DNA of 63,144 bases, counting the filler. It is 7 parts of 7 records of this genome, joined end to end, with 100 filler letters (N's around TTAATTAATTAA, not from the genome) between each part and the next. Parts side by side here need not be neighbours in the genome. Positions count along the whole stretch, not along the records: positions 39,578 to 46,648 come from SRR31156797_7998; positions 46,749 to 55,878 come from SRR31156797_7999; positions 55,979 to 63,144 come from SRR31156797_8023; 4 more parts are not named here. One strand, given 5' to 3'. This document shows, piece after piece, positions 46,499 through 58,031 of the stretch. The first letter of the stretch is position 1; every line of letters begins with the position of its first letter. Under the pieces are notes generated by a model. It worked only from the letters and a program-made list of their open reading frames with translations, made no database searches and was not told the origin of the DNA. Both the position numbers and the translations under genes were made by a program.

Positions 46499-46648
46499 AG
46501 GAGCTGTCCAAAAAGTATTCGAAGACGACATTGCGATCCCGATGAAATCGGGAGAAGTAATCTCTGTCATCTAGTAATTAAGAGATTGACTTTGTCGAGC
46601 TCGAGCTTCGCTCTTCGGTTACTTCGTCGTTCCTCCTCGTAATGACGT
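46499..46648. repeat. Composite REP-like palindromic repeat, cut by contig end
   Basis: Imperfect inverted arms GACATTGCGA...GAAGTAATCTC and GAGATT...ACTTCGTCGTTCCTCCTCGTAATGAC; internal hairpin TCCCGAT-GAA-ATCGGGA. Confidence 0.6.
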
Positions 46649-46748
46649 NNNNNNNNNNNNNNNNNNNNNNNNNNNNNNNNNNNNNNNNNNNNTTAATTAA
46701 TTAANNNNNNNNNNNNNNNNNNNNNNNNNNNNNNNNNNNNNNNNNNNN
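46649..46748. other. Artificial contig spacer
   Basis: 44 N + TTAATTAATTAA + 44 N. Confidence 0.99.
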
Positions 46749-47633
46749 TATCAGATTATTGAACTAAACCGGCAAAATGAGATTAAAGAACTTGAAAACG
46801 AAAGCCTTAAAAATGAAATTGAGTTACGAGATAAAACAATATTATACATTGCATTAACGGTAGGCCTGGTAACTTTAATGTTGATAATGACACTGCTATT
46901 TAACCGTAGTTTATCAAAAAAGCAAAAAGAATTGCAAAAAGTTAATGAATCAAAAGATAAAATATTTTCGATTGTTGCACACGATTTACGTAGTCCGGTT
47001 GGGAACCTCAACAGTATGATTGATATTATGGTTGAAGACAATACCGAATACGATTATCGCGAAATATTAAATGCATTTAAACCAATAATTACCAAATCGT
47101 ATAATATGTTGGAAAATCTTTTGGTTTGGGCAAAATCGAATTTAGGCAAACTCGATTACAAAGGTGAAAAAATTCCTATACATAAAACGATTAAAGAATC
47201 GATTCAACTGGTTAGTCATGTTGCAGCAAAAAAATCAATTTCAATAGTTTTACATTCAGAAAACGAAATTTATGTTTTGGCCGATGTAGTACTTTTACAA
47301 ACCATTATTCGCAACCTGCTTAACAATGCCATAAAATTTACAAACGAAAACGGAACAGTAAAAATTTCTACCGAAATCAACAAAAAACAATGCATTGTTT
47401 CAATTAAAGACAATGGAATTGGTATACCTGTAGAAAAGCACGATTTATTATTTAAAGGCGAAGTACATACCTTAGGAACAAAAAACGAAAAAGGCTCGGG
47501 TATAGGAATTATGCTGTGTAAAGATTTGGCTGAAAAAAACGAAGGGAAACTTTGGTTTAAAAGTAAGGAAGGCCTTGGCAGTACTTTTAGTTTTTCAATT
47601 CCTTTATATAATTCTGAAAATAATCAGATTTAA
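46749..47633 (+). CDS. Membrane sensor histidine kinase, 5' truncated
   Basis: Frame is open from the contig start; TM helix, AHDLRSP, NLLNNAIKFT, DNGIG, GSGIG. Confidence 0.9.
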   Translation, partial: YQIIELNRQNEIKELENESLKNEIELRDKTILYIALTVGLVTLMLIMTLLFNRSLSKKQKELQKVNESKDKIFSIVAHDLRSPVGNLNSMIDIMVEDNTEYDYREILNAFKPIITKSYNMLENLLVWAKSNLGKLDYKGEKIPIHKTIKESIQLVSHVAAKKSISIVLHSENEIYVLADVVLLQTIIRNLLNNAIKFTNENGTVKISTEINKKQCIVSIKDNGIGIPVEKHDLLFKGEVHTLGTKNEKGSGIGIMLCKDLAEKNEGKLWFKSKEGLGSTFSFSIPLYNSENNQI

Positions 47634-47693
47634 TTGTCCCTAAAACTTTTTATTCCAAAATGTGTTTGTAATAAACATATAAATGCACGTAAA

Positions 47694-48284
47694 ATGAAAC
47701 GTTTTAAAACGGTTGATGAATACATTTTAAATGCCCCAAACGGGAAAGAAATTCTAATTATTCTGCGCGATGTTATTAAGTCTACCGAACTGGAAGAAAC
47801 AATTAAATGGGGAGCACCTGCATATACATTAAACGGAAAAAATGTGGTTGGTTTAGGAGCATTTAAATCGTATGTCGGAATATGGTTTTTTCAGGGAGCT
47901 TTACTAAAAGATAAAACAGAAGTATTAATAAATGCACAGGAGGATAAAACCAAAGCCCTGCGACAATGGCGTTTTTCAAATGCCGAAGAAATTGATATTG
48001 GCTTAGTTACAAAATACTTACTGGAAGCTATTAAAAACCAAAAAGAGGGAAAAGTAATTAAAGCCAACAGAAATAGAACTCTGGTTATTCCCAATGAGTT
48101 AAAGGAAGAGTTACAGAAAAATCAACAACTGAAAACACAATTTAACCAGTTTACTCCTGGCCGAAAAAGAGAATTTGCCGATTATGTATCTTCTGCAAAA
48201 CGCGAAGAAACACGCAAAAACAGGGTACATAAAATTATTCCACTTATTCTTCAAAATATTGGTTTAAATGATAAGTACAGATAA
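47694..48284 (+). CDS. YdeI/OmpD-associated family protein (DUF1801)
   Basis: EETIKWGAPAY, WFFQGALLKD, FTPGRKRE...AKREETR. Confidence 0.88.
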   Translation: MKRFKTVDEYILNAPNGKEILIILRDVIKSTELEETIKWGAPAYTLNGKNVVGLGAFKSYVGIWFFQGALLKDKTEVLINAQEDKTKALRQWRFSNAEEIDIGLVTKYLLEAIKNQKEGKVIKANRNRTLVIPNELKEELQKNQQLKTQFNQFTPGRKREFADYVSSAKREETRKNRVHKIIPLILQNIGLNDKYR

Positions 48285-48365
48285 TTATTTTGTTTAAACT
48301 TTTGATTAATATTCTAAACATTTCTAGAAAAAATTTGTTATTTCTTTAAAATACAAATAGAAATA

Positions 48366-48869
48366 ATGACTGAAGAACAACATGTTACCATAACAAAGCA
48401 CTCAGGAATATATACGTTAAAAGCAAAACAAATTTTCCCAATTTCAATTGAAAAAGCCTGGGCGTTTTTTTCGAATCCTGAAAATCTGACAAAAATTACA
48501 CCGCCCGAAATGAAATTTGAAATTACATCGGGTAAACCAAAAAAAATGTTTCCCGGACAAATTATTTCATACCGGATTAACATTCTTTTAGGTATAAAAA
48601 GCAGCTGGGTTACAGAAATTACAAATGTAAAAAATAACTCTTATTTTATTGATGAACAACGTTTTGGCCCATATAGAATGTGGCATCACGAACATCATTT
48701 TGAAGAATTAAACGGAAAAATATTAATGACAGATAAAGTATCGTACAAAATACCCTTTGGCCCAATCGGACACCTTGTACATTCCATTTTAATTCGCAAA
48801 AAATTACACAACATTTTTACTTTCCGCTTCAAACTCCTGCAAAACCTGTTTCAGGAAAGAAATAACTGA
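48366..48869 (+). CDS. SRPBCC-family protein
   Basis: AWAFFSNPENL, WVTEIT, FIDEQRFGPYRMWHHEH. Confidence 0.88.
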   Translation: MTEEQHVTITKHSGIYTLKAKQIFPISIEKAWAFFSNPENLTKITPPEMKFEITSGKPKKMFPGQIISYRINILLGIKSSWVTEITNVKNNSYFIDEQRFGPYRMWHHEHHFEELNGKILMTDKVSYKIPFGPIGHLVHSILIRKKLHNIFTFRFKLLQNLFQERNN

Positions 48870-48936
48870 AACATTTTCACCCAGCGTTTTATCTTTCATA
48901 AAATAAGTTCTATTTTCACTTGCAAAAGCTTCAAAT

Positions 48937-50004
48937 ATGAAATTAAAACCTTTGTTACTTTTAACATTTATCTTTTTCCTATTTACCGGAACTGCACAGG
49001 AAAATACATTGCTTGAATTCAACGATAAAAAAGCTGAATATCTTTACCATTTTGCATTTGATTGCATTGATCAGGAATACCCCAATAAACTGGGACAAGT
49101 TTTAGGCGACGACAGTTACCTCGCCCCTCCCCGCGTTTTACATCCGGCTTTTTACGGCTGTTTCGACTGGCATTCATCGGTTCACGGGCATTGGACCTTG
49201 GTTACTATTTTAAGCGAATTTCCCGATTTTCAGTACAAAGAAGAAATTCTGATAAAACTTAAAAAGAACATTACGAAAGAAAATGTTCTAAAAGAAATTG
49301 AATATTTCGACGACGTACACAACAGTACATATGAACGAACTTATGGCTGGGCATGGCTTTTAAAACTCTATGAAGCGCTAAGAGAATGGGATTCTCCGGA
49401 AGCTGAAGAACTACACGAAAACTTATTACCGCTTGTCGAATTAATTTCTGGAAAATTTACCGAATTTTTAGATAAATTAATTTACCCAATTCGTATTGGA
49501 GAGCACAGCAACATTGCATTTGGGATGTCGTTTGCCTACGATTACGCAAAAAAATACGACACTGTGCTTGCCGCAAAAATAGAAGAGAAAGCCCGCGAAT
49601 ATTATTCTGAAGACTGCGACTGTCCGCTAACCTGGGAACCGGGAGGTTTTGATTTTCTTTCGCCCTGTTTACAGGAAGCTTCGTTAATGGAAAAAGTACT
49701 TTCTGAAAAAGAATTTCGAAAATGGTTAAAAAAATTCCTTCCCGGTTTCGAAAAAAATCCCGGGAAGTTTCTCGAGGTTGCTGTTGTAACCGACCGCAGC
49801 GATGGAAAACTGGCTCATCTCGATGGATTAAATTTCAGCCGTGCCTGGTGTTTGTTTGAAGTAGGAAAAAAACTGGGAAATACAAAAATGCTGGAATTAG
49901 GAGAAAAACATTTTATAACCAGCTATGAACAGATGGATTCAGGAGAATATGCCGGAGCCCACTGGTTGGCTTCTTTTGCCACTTATGCCTTAATAAAACG
50001 ATAA
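48937..50004 (+). CDS. DUF2891 family secreted protein
   Basis: HPAFYGCFDWHSSVHGHW, ERTYGWAW, HLDGLNFSRAW, HWLASFA. Confidence 0.85.
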   Translation: MKLKPLLLLTFIFFLFTGTAQENTLLEFNDKKAEYLYHFAFDCIDQEYPNKLGQVLGDDSYLAPPRVLHPAFYGCFDWHSSVHGHWTLVTILSEFPDFQYKEEILIKLKKNITKENVLKEIEYFDDVHNSTYERTYGWAWLLKLYEALREWDSPEAEELHENLLPLVELISGKFTEFLDKLIYPIRIGEHSNIAFGMSFAYDYAKKYDTVLAAKIEEKAREYYSEDCDCPLTWEPGGFDFLSPCLQEASLMEKVLSEKEFRKWLKKFLPGFEKNPGKFLEVAVVTDRSDGKLAHLDGLNFSRAWCLFEVGKKLGNTKMLELGEKHFITSYEQMDSGEYAGAHWLASFATYALIKR

Positions 50005-50007
50005 ATA

Positions 50008-51606
50008 ATGAAACGGTTTTTGATTTTCATTTTTCTTATAATCATTTCGAAACAATTTGTTGGACAAAATCATTATCACCGTTTTGAAAGTATAGATATA
50101 CAACATTATATTTTTGAAATTCATTTAAATGATTCAACAAACTGCATTGAGGGAAAAACAAACATATCGGCCAAATTTTTAAAATCCTCTAAAAATCTTG
50201 TCCTCGATCTTGTTGGAAAAAACGATTCAACAAATACAGGGATGGTTGTTTCTGCTGTTAAGATCGAGGAAAAACCGGTACATTTTAACCATAAAAACAA
50301 TCAAATTCAGATATATCTTGAAAATACGGTTAACTCAGAAGAGATTATTAATATTGAAATAGAATACAGCGGTAAGGCCAGCGACGGACTAATTGCCTCG
50401 AAAAACAAATACGGCAATCGCACTTTTTTTGGCGATAATTGGCCAAATAGAGCACGAAATTGGTTGCCAACTGTTGATCATCCATCAGACAAAGCAACTT
50501 TAGAATTTAAAGTATTTACTCCCGAAAAATACGATATCATTTCAAACGGAATTTTAGTTGAAGAAAAGTATTTTTCAGGTGGAATTAAATTTTCACATTG
50601 GAAAGAAAAAGTGGCCATCTCAACAAAATTAATGGTAATTGGAGTGGCACGTTTTAGCACGTTACATAATGGAAATTTCAATGGAATTCCAATAAGTAGC
50701 CTGGTGTTTCCTGAAAATAAAGATGAAGGATTTACCGACTTTGAAGAGGTTATAAAACCACTGGAATTCTTTTCAGAATTTATCGGAACATATTCGTATG
50801 AAAAATTGGCACATGTACAATCGAAAACGCGGTATGGTGGAATGGAAAATGCCAGTTGTATCTTTTATGCCGAAAAAGCTATAACAGGTAATAAGCAAAT
50901 TGAAAAACTTATTACGCACGAAACAGCACATCAATGGTTTGGAAATTCGGTAACCGAACAAAACTGGCACCATATATGGCTCAGCGAAGGATTTGCTACT
51001 TATCTCACACACCTCTATATTTTACATTTTTATGGCGAAGAAAGTTTTCGTGAAGGATTAATTAATGACAGAAAAAGGGTTATTGATTTTGCTGATAAAA
51101 AACTAACATCTGTTATAGACACTACAATTAAGAATTACAATAACCTGCTTAATGCCAATTCTTATCAAAAAGCAAGTTGGTTTTTACACATGCTTCGCAC
51201 AAAAATTGGAGAAGAAATGTTTCAACAAAGTTTAAAGGAATTTTATTCCGATTTTAGAGACTCAACAGCATTGACTTCCGATTTTCGAAAAATTGCAGAA
51301 AAAAACTCGGGTCAGAATTTAGATATATTTTTCGACCAGTGGCTGTACCAACCTGGATTTCCGGTGCTTGAAGTTAAATGGAAACAAAAAAAGAACAATA
51401 AAATCAAATTAAAAATTAGGCAGGTTCAAGATCAATTTATTTTTACATTTCCCCTTGAAATAGAATTTCAACCAGAAATGGGAAATCCCGAATATAAAAT
51501 GGTTGAAATAAATAAGAAAAAGAAAACGTTCAAAATTTCCGGTAATCAGAAAATTGAAAGTATTTATTTAGATCCTAATGTGAATTTACTTTTTAATGAA
51601 CTCTAA
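50008..51606 (+). CDS. M1-family zinc aminopeptidase
   Basis: GGMEN and HETAH-x18-E (HETAHQWFG...WLSEGFATY). Confidence 0.93.
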   Translation: MKRFLIFIFLIIISKQFVGQNHYHRFESIDIQHYIFEIHLNDSTNCIEGKTNISAKFLKSSKNLVLDLVGKNDSTNTGMVVSAVKIEEKPVHFNHKNNQIQIYLENTVNSEEIINIEIEYSGKASDGLIASKNKYGNRTFFGDNWPNRARNWLPTVDHPSDKATLEFKVFTPEKYDIISNGILVEEKYFSGGIKFSHWKEKVAISTKLMVIGVARFSTLHNGNFNGIPISSLVFPENKDEGFTDFEEVIKPLEFFSEFIGTYSYEKLAHVQSKTRYGGMENASCIFYAEKAITGNKQIEKLITHETAHQWFGNSVTEQNWHHIWLSEGFATYLTHLYILHFYGEESFREGLINDRKRVIDFADKKLTSVIDTTIKNYNNLLNANSYQKASWFLHMLRTKIGEEMFQQSLKEFYSDFRDSTALTSDFRKIAEKNSGQNLDIFFDQWLYQPGFPVLEVKWKQKKNNKIKLKIRQVQDQFIFTFPLEIEFQPEMGNPEYKMVEINKKKKTFKISGNQKIESIYLDPNVNLLFNEL

Positions 51607-51620
51607 TTGAGGTATTTCAT

Positions 51621-51651
51621 AAAAAAAGGTTGACTAGTAAGCCAACCTTTT
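51621..51651. terminator. Bidirectional terminator
   Basis: AAAAGGTTG / CAACCTTTT stem between convergent genes. Confidence 0.7.
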
Positions 51652-51667
51652 GTATATTTTAATTCAA

Positions 51668-52102
51668 TTAATTTTGCTGAAATCCGCCGGGTCTGCCCTG
51701 CCCTCTGTTTGCTCTCATTTCCTCTTGATATGCTTCATATTTTTCCCATTGTTCTTCAGAAAGGACATTTTTTATCTTATTATTTTGTTCTTCGCGCATT
51801 TTCTGCATTTGTTCACGCATTCCTTCAAAACCTCCTCCTTGTTGCATTCCTTCGCGTGCTTCTTGCATAGACTCAAAATTTTCCATTGTAAGATCGTACA
51901 ATTGTTTTTCCTGCTCTTCACTTAAATCAAGTAATTCTTTCATTTGTTCTACCTGTTGAGTTGCCATTTCTTCCGGATCGAAATTTCCGCGGCCCATTCC
52001 TCCAGGTCCAAAATTCTGTTGATTGTTACTGTTATTTCCCTGGTTACAACTAAAAGTTAATCCCATTAAAAAAATCATGGATAAGAATACAAATCTGTTC
52101 AT
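51668..52102 (-). CDS. Spy/DUF4890-like helical lipoprotein
   Basis: Lipobox TFSC; LDLSEEQ and VLSEEQWEKY motifs; Gly/Gln/Met-rich. Confidence 0.72.
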   Translation of the reverse strand: MNRFVFLSMIFLMGLTFSCNQGNNSNNQQNFGPGGMGRGNFDPEEMATQQVEQMKELLDLSEEQEKQLYDLTMENFESMQEAREGMQQGGGFEGMREQMQKMREEQNNKIKNVLSEEQWEKYEAYQEEMRANRGQGRPGGFQQN

Positions 52103-52291
52103 TTGGTTACGTTTTTAGTTTATTATTTAACGTTATTTCTAAAGAGGTTTGATTCATTTCCTAATAAAAAGTTTAATTGAAATTCTAAAAAATGTAACAA
52201 ATAATAAACATAAATTCAAAAATAACTGAACCAAACAAAAAAACCCCGCAGTTCAAACTACGAGGTTTTAAAATTATATAGAAATGTATAT

Positions 52292-54217
52292 TTATTTTTT
52301 TGGCATGTTCATTCCACGTTGTTTAGCCATATCTTCCAACCGTTTTTGAAAATTCGATTTTTTCACCGGTTTCTTTTTATTTACTTGTAGTTGTGCCCTT
52401 ATTTTTTCGTCGTCGACAAAAGAACGAATTAAATAGGTTTGTCCGATGGTAAATAAGTTAGCCAGTAAATAATAAAAACTCAACCCGGAAGGATACCTGT
52501 TCAATATAAATAAGAACATAATTGGCATCATATACATCATCGATTTCATTCCTGGCATTGTTTGAGTCGATGCATTTTGCTGACTTAAACGAGTTGATAT
52601 TATGGTTGTTACTGTCATAAGTAAACAAAATAAACTTACATGGTCGCCATAAATTGGAATAGTAAAAGGCAAATTAAAAATGGTATCATAAGTTGATAAA
52701 TCGGTTGCCCATAAAAAACCTTCCTGTCGCAACTCAATAGAAGTTGGGAAGAAAAAGAACATGGCAAACAATATAGGCATTTGCAATACCATAGGTAAAC
52801 ATCCACCCATAGGATTTACACCGGCTTTTTTATAAAGTGCCATGGTTGCCTGTTGTTTTTCCATCGCTTTATCGCTACCATATTTTTTATTTATTTCATC
52901 TACTTCCGGTTTTAATGCGCGCATTTTTGCCTGCGACATGTACGATTTATAGGTAAACGGAAATAAAATAGTTTTAATAAATACAGTTAACAACAGAATG
53001 ATAATTCCAAAATTATTAATGTATTGGCGTAAAAAATTAAAAACCGGAATTATAAGATATCGGTTTACCGGGCGAACAATGGCATATCCTAAGTACACCT
53101 GTCGTTCCAGGTCGATGTCGTATTGTTTTAATGTTTGATAATGGTTTGGTCCGAAAAAGAACTGCATTCCAACCTTCTCATCAGCGCTTCCCTGATACGG
53201 CAAGGAAAAGTCTGCATAAAAATTAGAAAGATATTCCTGATTGTCCTCCATTTTATTCTGACGTATTACCGCATTAGCAAAAGATTCATTGGCAATTAAC
53301 GTTGAACTAAAAAATAGTTGCTTAAATCCGACCCATTTAACACGGGTAATTAAATTTTCTTCATCCGATTTATTTTGTGAAAGGTTTCCTACTTCATCTT
53401 CAAAATATTTATAGGTAATGTTTGTATATCTGTCTTCCCCAAAGCTTGAAATCCTTTCCTGGCGAGGCACATCGTACGACCAGGAAAAATTTAAATACGA
53501 TTGGTTGGAAGCAATATATTGATTCATACCCTTCATATTCAAATCGAAATCGACTAAATATGAGTTGTATTTTAAGGTATAAACATATTCCATGTATTGC
53601 CCCGGTGCAACTTCCAGTTTAAAAGAAATTGATTCTTGTCCTCCCGGATTTTCGGTATTGAATTTTTGTTTTCCTTCGTCTCCTTTTTTTACATCCGGGC
53701 CTGTAACAGTTATGTTTTTATTTTGCTTACTAGATTTAAAATAAAACTGGTCGGTTTGAATGCTTCTGTTCTGAGCAAAAAAGTTAAGTCCAAATAATGT
53801 TTCCGGGCCGTCGAAAAGAACAAGAGGTTGTCCATTGTGAGTTGTATACCCTTTTAATTCAACAGAATAAACTCTTCCTCCTTTATTGGAAAAAGTAATT
53901 TTCATTAAATTATTTTCCAGGGTATAAAATGTTTCTTCTCCAATTGCATTGGCTCCAAAAACACCAAATTCATCCCTTTTCTGACTAACCAGTTCATTAG
54001 CCGAAACTGTATCACTAATTCCAACCGATGCATCATCAGATTTATTTTCGTTGGCCAGTAATTGCGCTGCTGCTGCACGTTCTGCTTCAACCAGTGCTAT
54101 CGAATCGCGTTTCTGTTTTGCTGCCTGTAATTCCTCTTCAGAGGGCTTCATTAATAACTGCCATCCTATAAGTATTACAAATATGAGCAGTATTCCTAAG
54201 ATCGATTTTTTATCCAT
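52292..54217 (-). CDS. yidC: Membrane protein insertase YidC
   Basis: GIIILLLTVFIK, NPMGGCLP, LWATDLS; large periplasmic domain. Confidence 0.96.
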   Translation of the reverse strand: MDKKSILGILLIFVILIGWQLLMKPSEEELQAAKQKRDSIALVEAERAAAAQLLANENKSDDASVGISDTVSANELVSQKRDEFGVFGANAIGEETFYTLENNLMKITFSNKGGRVYSVELKGYTTHNGQPLVLFDGPETLFGLNFFAQNRSIQTDQFYFKSSKQNKNITVTGPDVKKGDEGKQKFNTENPGGQESISFKLEVAPGQYMEYVYTLKYNSYLVDFDLNMKGMNQYIASNQSYLNFSWSYDVPRQERISSFGEDRYTNITYKYFEDEVGNLSQNKSDEENLITRVKWVGFKQLFFSSTLIANESFANAVIRQNKMEDNQEYLSNFYADFSLPYQGSADEKVGMQFFFGPNHYQTLKQYDIDLERQVYLGYAIVRPVNRYLIIPVFNFLRQYINNFGIIILLLTVFIKTILFPFTYKSYMSQAKMRALKPEVDEINKKYGSDKAMEKQQATMALYKKAGVNPMGGCLPMVLQMPILFAMFFFFPTSIELRQEGFLWATDLSTYDTIFNLPFTIPIYGDHVSLFCLLMTVTTIISTRLSQQNASTQTMPGMKSMMYMMPIMFLFILNRYPSGLSFYYLLANLFTIGQTYLIRSFVDDEKIRAQLQVNKKKPVKKSNFQKRLEDMAKQRGMNMPKK

Positions 54218-54223
54218 TTTTTC

Positions 54224-55831
<1,608 letters not shown>

Positions 55832-55878
55832 TCAATATTTTTTGGTTACTAAAAAGCCACAAAATTAATCAATAAATA

Positions 55879-55978
55879 NNNNNNNNNNNNNNNNNNNNNN
55901 NNNNNNNNNNNNNNNNNNNNNNTTAATTAATTAANNNNNNNNNNNNNNNNNNNNNNNNNNNNNNNNNNNNNNNNNNNN
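55879..55978. other. Artificial contig spacer
   Basis: 44 N + TTAATTAATTAA + 44 N. Confidence 0.99.
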
Positions 55979-55979
55979 A

Positions 55980-56186
55980 TTTAATTTATTGCCAATACCT
56001 CCACTTGACGGATCAAAAATTTTAGAATCTTTTCTTGATGAAAAGGGAGTTAGCTTTTTAGAATCAATGGAACGTTATGGTTTTATATTAATAATTGTTT
56101 TATTAGCAACAGGGATTTTACAACCTTTAATGACTTCTATGATGGGTATAATTTTAAATATAGTTACGATGTATATGAATTTATAA
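55980..56186 (+). CDS. Site-2 protease (M50) family, C-terminal fragment
   Basis: FNLLPIPPLDGSKIL motif. Confidence 0.88.
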   Translation, partial: FNLLPIPPLDGSKILESFLDEKGVSFLESMERYGFILIIVLLATGILQPLMTSMMGIILNIVTMYMNL

Positions 56187-56231
56187 TTTTGAGGTTAGTT
56201 TAAATTAATAAATTTAAATGGGAGAAGAATA

Positions 56232-57338
56232 ATGAGTGAGAACAATATTTTAATAGTGGAAGATGTTTTTGCCGCAAGAAGTCTTTATAAACAAGCGCTT
56301 GAGCAGGTTGATTATATTACTGTCGGAGTTGAAACAGGGAAAGAAGCGCTAAGTATATTAAGAAAAGAAGAAGTACAATTAGTAATATTAGATTTTAAAT
56401 TACCTGATATGAACGGTGATGAAGTTTTAAAAGAGATAAGACGGATTAGTCCGCATACTCCTGTGTTAGTTTTAACTGCATTTTCTGATAGAGAAACTAT
56501 TTTTAATATGTTAAATTTGGGAGTTAATGATTATCTTGTAAAACCAGTTAATTTAGATACCTTAAGGACAAGAGTCTTTGAAGTTCTTGAAGGAGATAAA
56601 CGTAAAATAATCGGTAAAGATAAATTAATGCAAAGAGAATCAAAAGAAAAAGCAGTTCAAAAAGAAAAAATGAAATATATTTGGAAAAAAGAAGTTATTT
56701 GTCCGATATGTGGGACACCATTTACAGCACTTAATTATAAGAAAAAATCTCAAACACTTCTTGAAACTGAGACAGATTTTCACGAAGTATATGAAGATTT
56801 AGATCCGATTATGTATGATATTTGGGTATGTCCTCATTGTTTTTATTCAACCAAAGCAGCTGATTTTGAAAAACTGCCACTTATTGATATTAGAACAATG
56901 GCGAAAGATAGACGGAAAAGTAAATATAATTTCAAAGAAATTAGAACATACAAATCAGCAGTTGAGAGTTTCAAGCTAGCATTACACTGCTATAATTTAT
57001 TCGATGGTACCAGTATATCAACTATGGCGAATCTTTATCTGAAAACGGCTTGGTTATACCGTGGTGAGGGAGACTCTGAGCGAGAGAAAAAATATTTGAC
57101 ATATGCAGCTCAGGCTTTTGAGAAAAAATACTTATCCGCTGATAAAGTTTCAGGTAGGTTAAGTGAAAATGGTTTAGCTTACTTAATAGGAGAGCTTCAT
57201 AAAAGGATTGGAAGACCTGAGGAAGCATTAAAATACTTCCAAGTTATTCTTGAGAATAGACTTGCAAAAAAAGAAAAAATAATTTATGAAAAAACACGAA
57301 GACAATATGAAGAGATAATGGCCGAAAGGAAAAAGTAG
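56232..57338 (+). CDS. Response regulator receiver domain fused to DUF2225-like domain
   Basis: ILIVED, LVILDFKLPDMNG, LTA, YLVKP; then CPICG...VCPHCFY and helical repeats (YLKTAWLYR, YLIGEL). Confidence 0.8.
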   Translation: MSENNILIVEDVFAARSLYKQALEQVDYITVGVETGKEALSILRKEEVQLVILDFKLPDMNGDEVLKEIRRISPHTPVLVLTAFSDRETIFNMLNLGVNDYLVKPVNLDTLRTRVFEVLEGDKRKIIGKDKLMQRESKEKAVQKEKMKYIWKKEVICPICGTPFTALNYKKKSQTLLETETDFHEVYEDLDPIMYDIWVCPHCFYSTKAADFEKLPLIDIRTMAKDRRKSKYNFKEIRTYKSAVESFKLALHCYNLFDGTSISTMANLYLKTAWLYRGEGDSEREKKYLTYAAQAFEKKYLSADKVSGRLSENGLAYLIGELHKRIGRPEEALKYFQVILENRLAKKEKIIYEKTRRQYEEIMAERKK

Positions 57339-57919
57339 TGAATACAGTAAGTAAAGAAACAGTAATAGAGTTTGAGGAAAAAAAATCTAAATTTATCGGG
57401 TATATTAAGCCAATTCAAACGAAACAAGAAGCGGAAGATTTTATTCAGGAGATTAGAATCAAACACGCTGATGCAAGGCATAATGTTCCTGTTTATAGAG
57501 TTGTAGAAAACGGACAGGAGTATTTTAAGTTTGATGATGATGGAGAGCCGAGCGGAACAGCAGGGAAGCCTATGGCGGAAATTTTGAATCTTCTAAATGT
57601 ATCTAATTTAGCTGTAGTAGCAACGAGATATTTTGGTGGAATTAAACTTGGCGCAGGTGGTTTAGTTAGAAATTATGCTAAAACTGCAAAACTGGCAGTT
57701 CAAGAAGCAGGTATAGTGGAATATGTAGAAAAAAGAAATTTTTTATTGGATTTTCCTTATGCTGTTTCTGGCGAAGTTGATAGAGTTTTCCAACTTGATT
57801 CAAATTCGGAAATAAGTGATAAAAATTATGGAGAGAGAGTAACATATAGGGTTATTCTTTCTGAGCAAGCTGAATTTGAATTAAAGAATATAAGAGATAT
57901 AATTTTGATAGAAGCGTAA
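57338..57919 (+). CDS. yigZ: YigZ/IMPACT family protein
   Basis: KSKFIG, DARHN, DDGEPSGTAG, RYFGGIKLGAGGLVRNY. Confidence 0.93.
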   Translation: MNTVSKETVIEFEEKKSKFIGYIKPIQTKQEAEDFIQEIRIKHADARHNVPVYRVVENGQEYFKFDDDGEPSGTAGKPMAEILNLLNVSNLAVVATRYFGGIKLGAGGLVRNYAKTAKLAVQEAGIVEYVEKRNFLLDFPYAVSGEVDRVFQLDSNSEISDKNYGERVTYRVILSEQAEFELKNIRDIILIEA

Positions 57920-57948
57920 AAAACTGAGGATCTTCCTCAGTTTTTTTT
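57918..57948. terminator. Intrinsic terminator
   Basis: AAAAAACTGAGGA / TCCTCAGTTTTTTTT. Confidence 0.85.
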
Positions 57949-58031
57949 ATATTATTGAAAAGTATAAAATTTTCTATATATTGGGAAATTATAAACTTGC
58001 CATGTTTTAAAGGTTTCGCCTATTTTGAATT

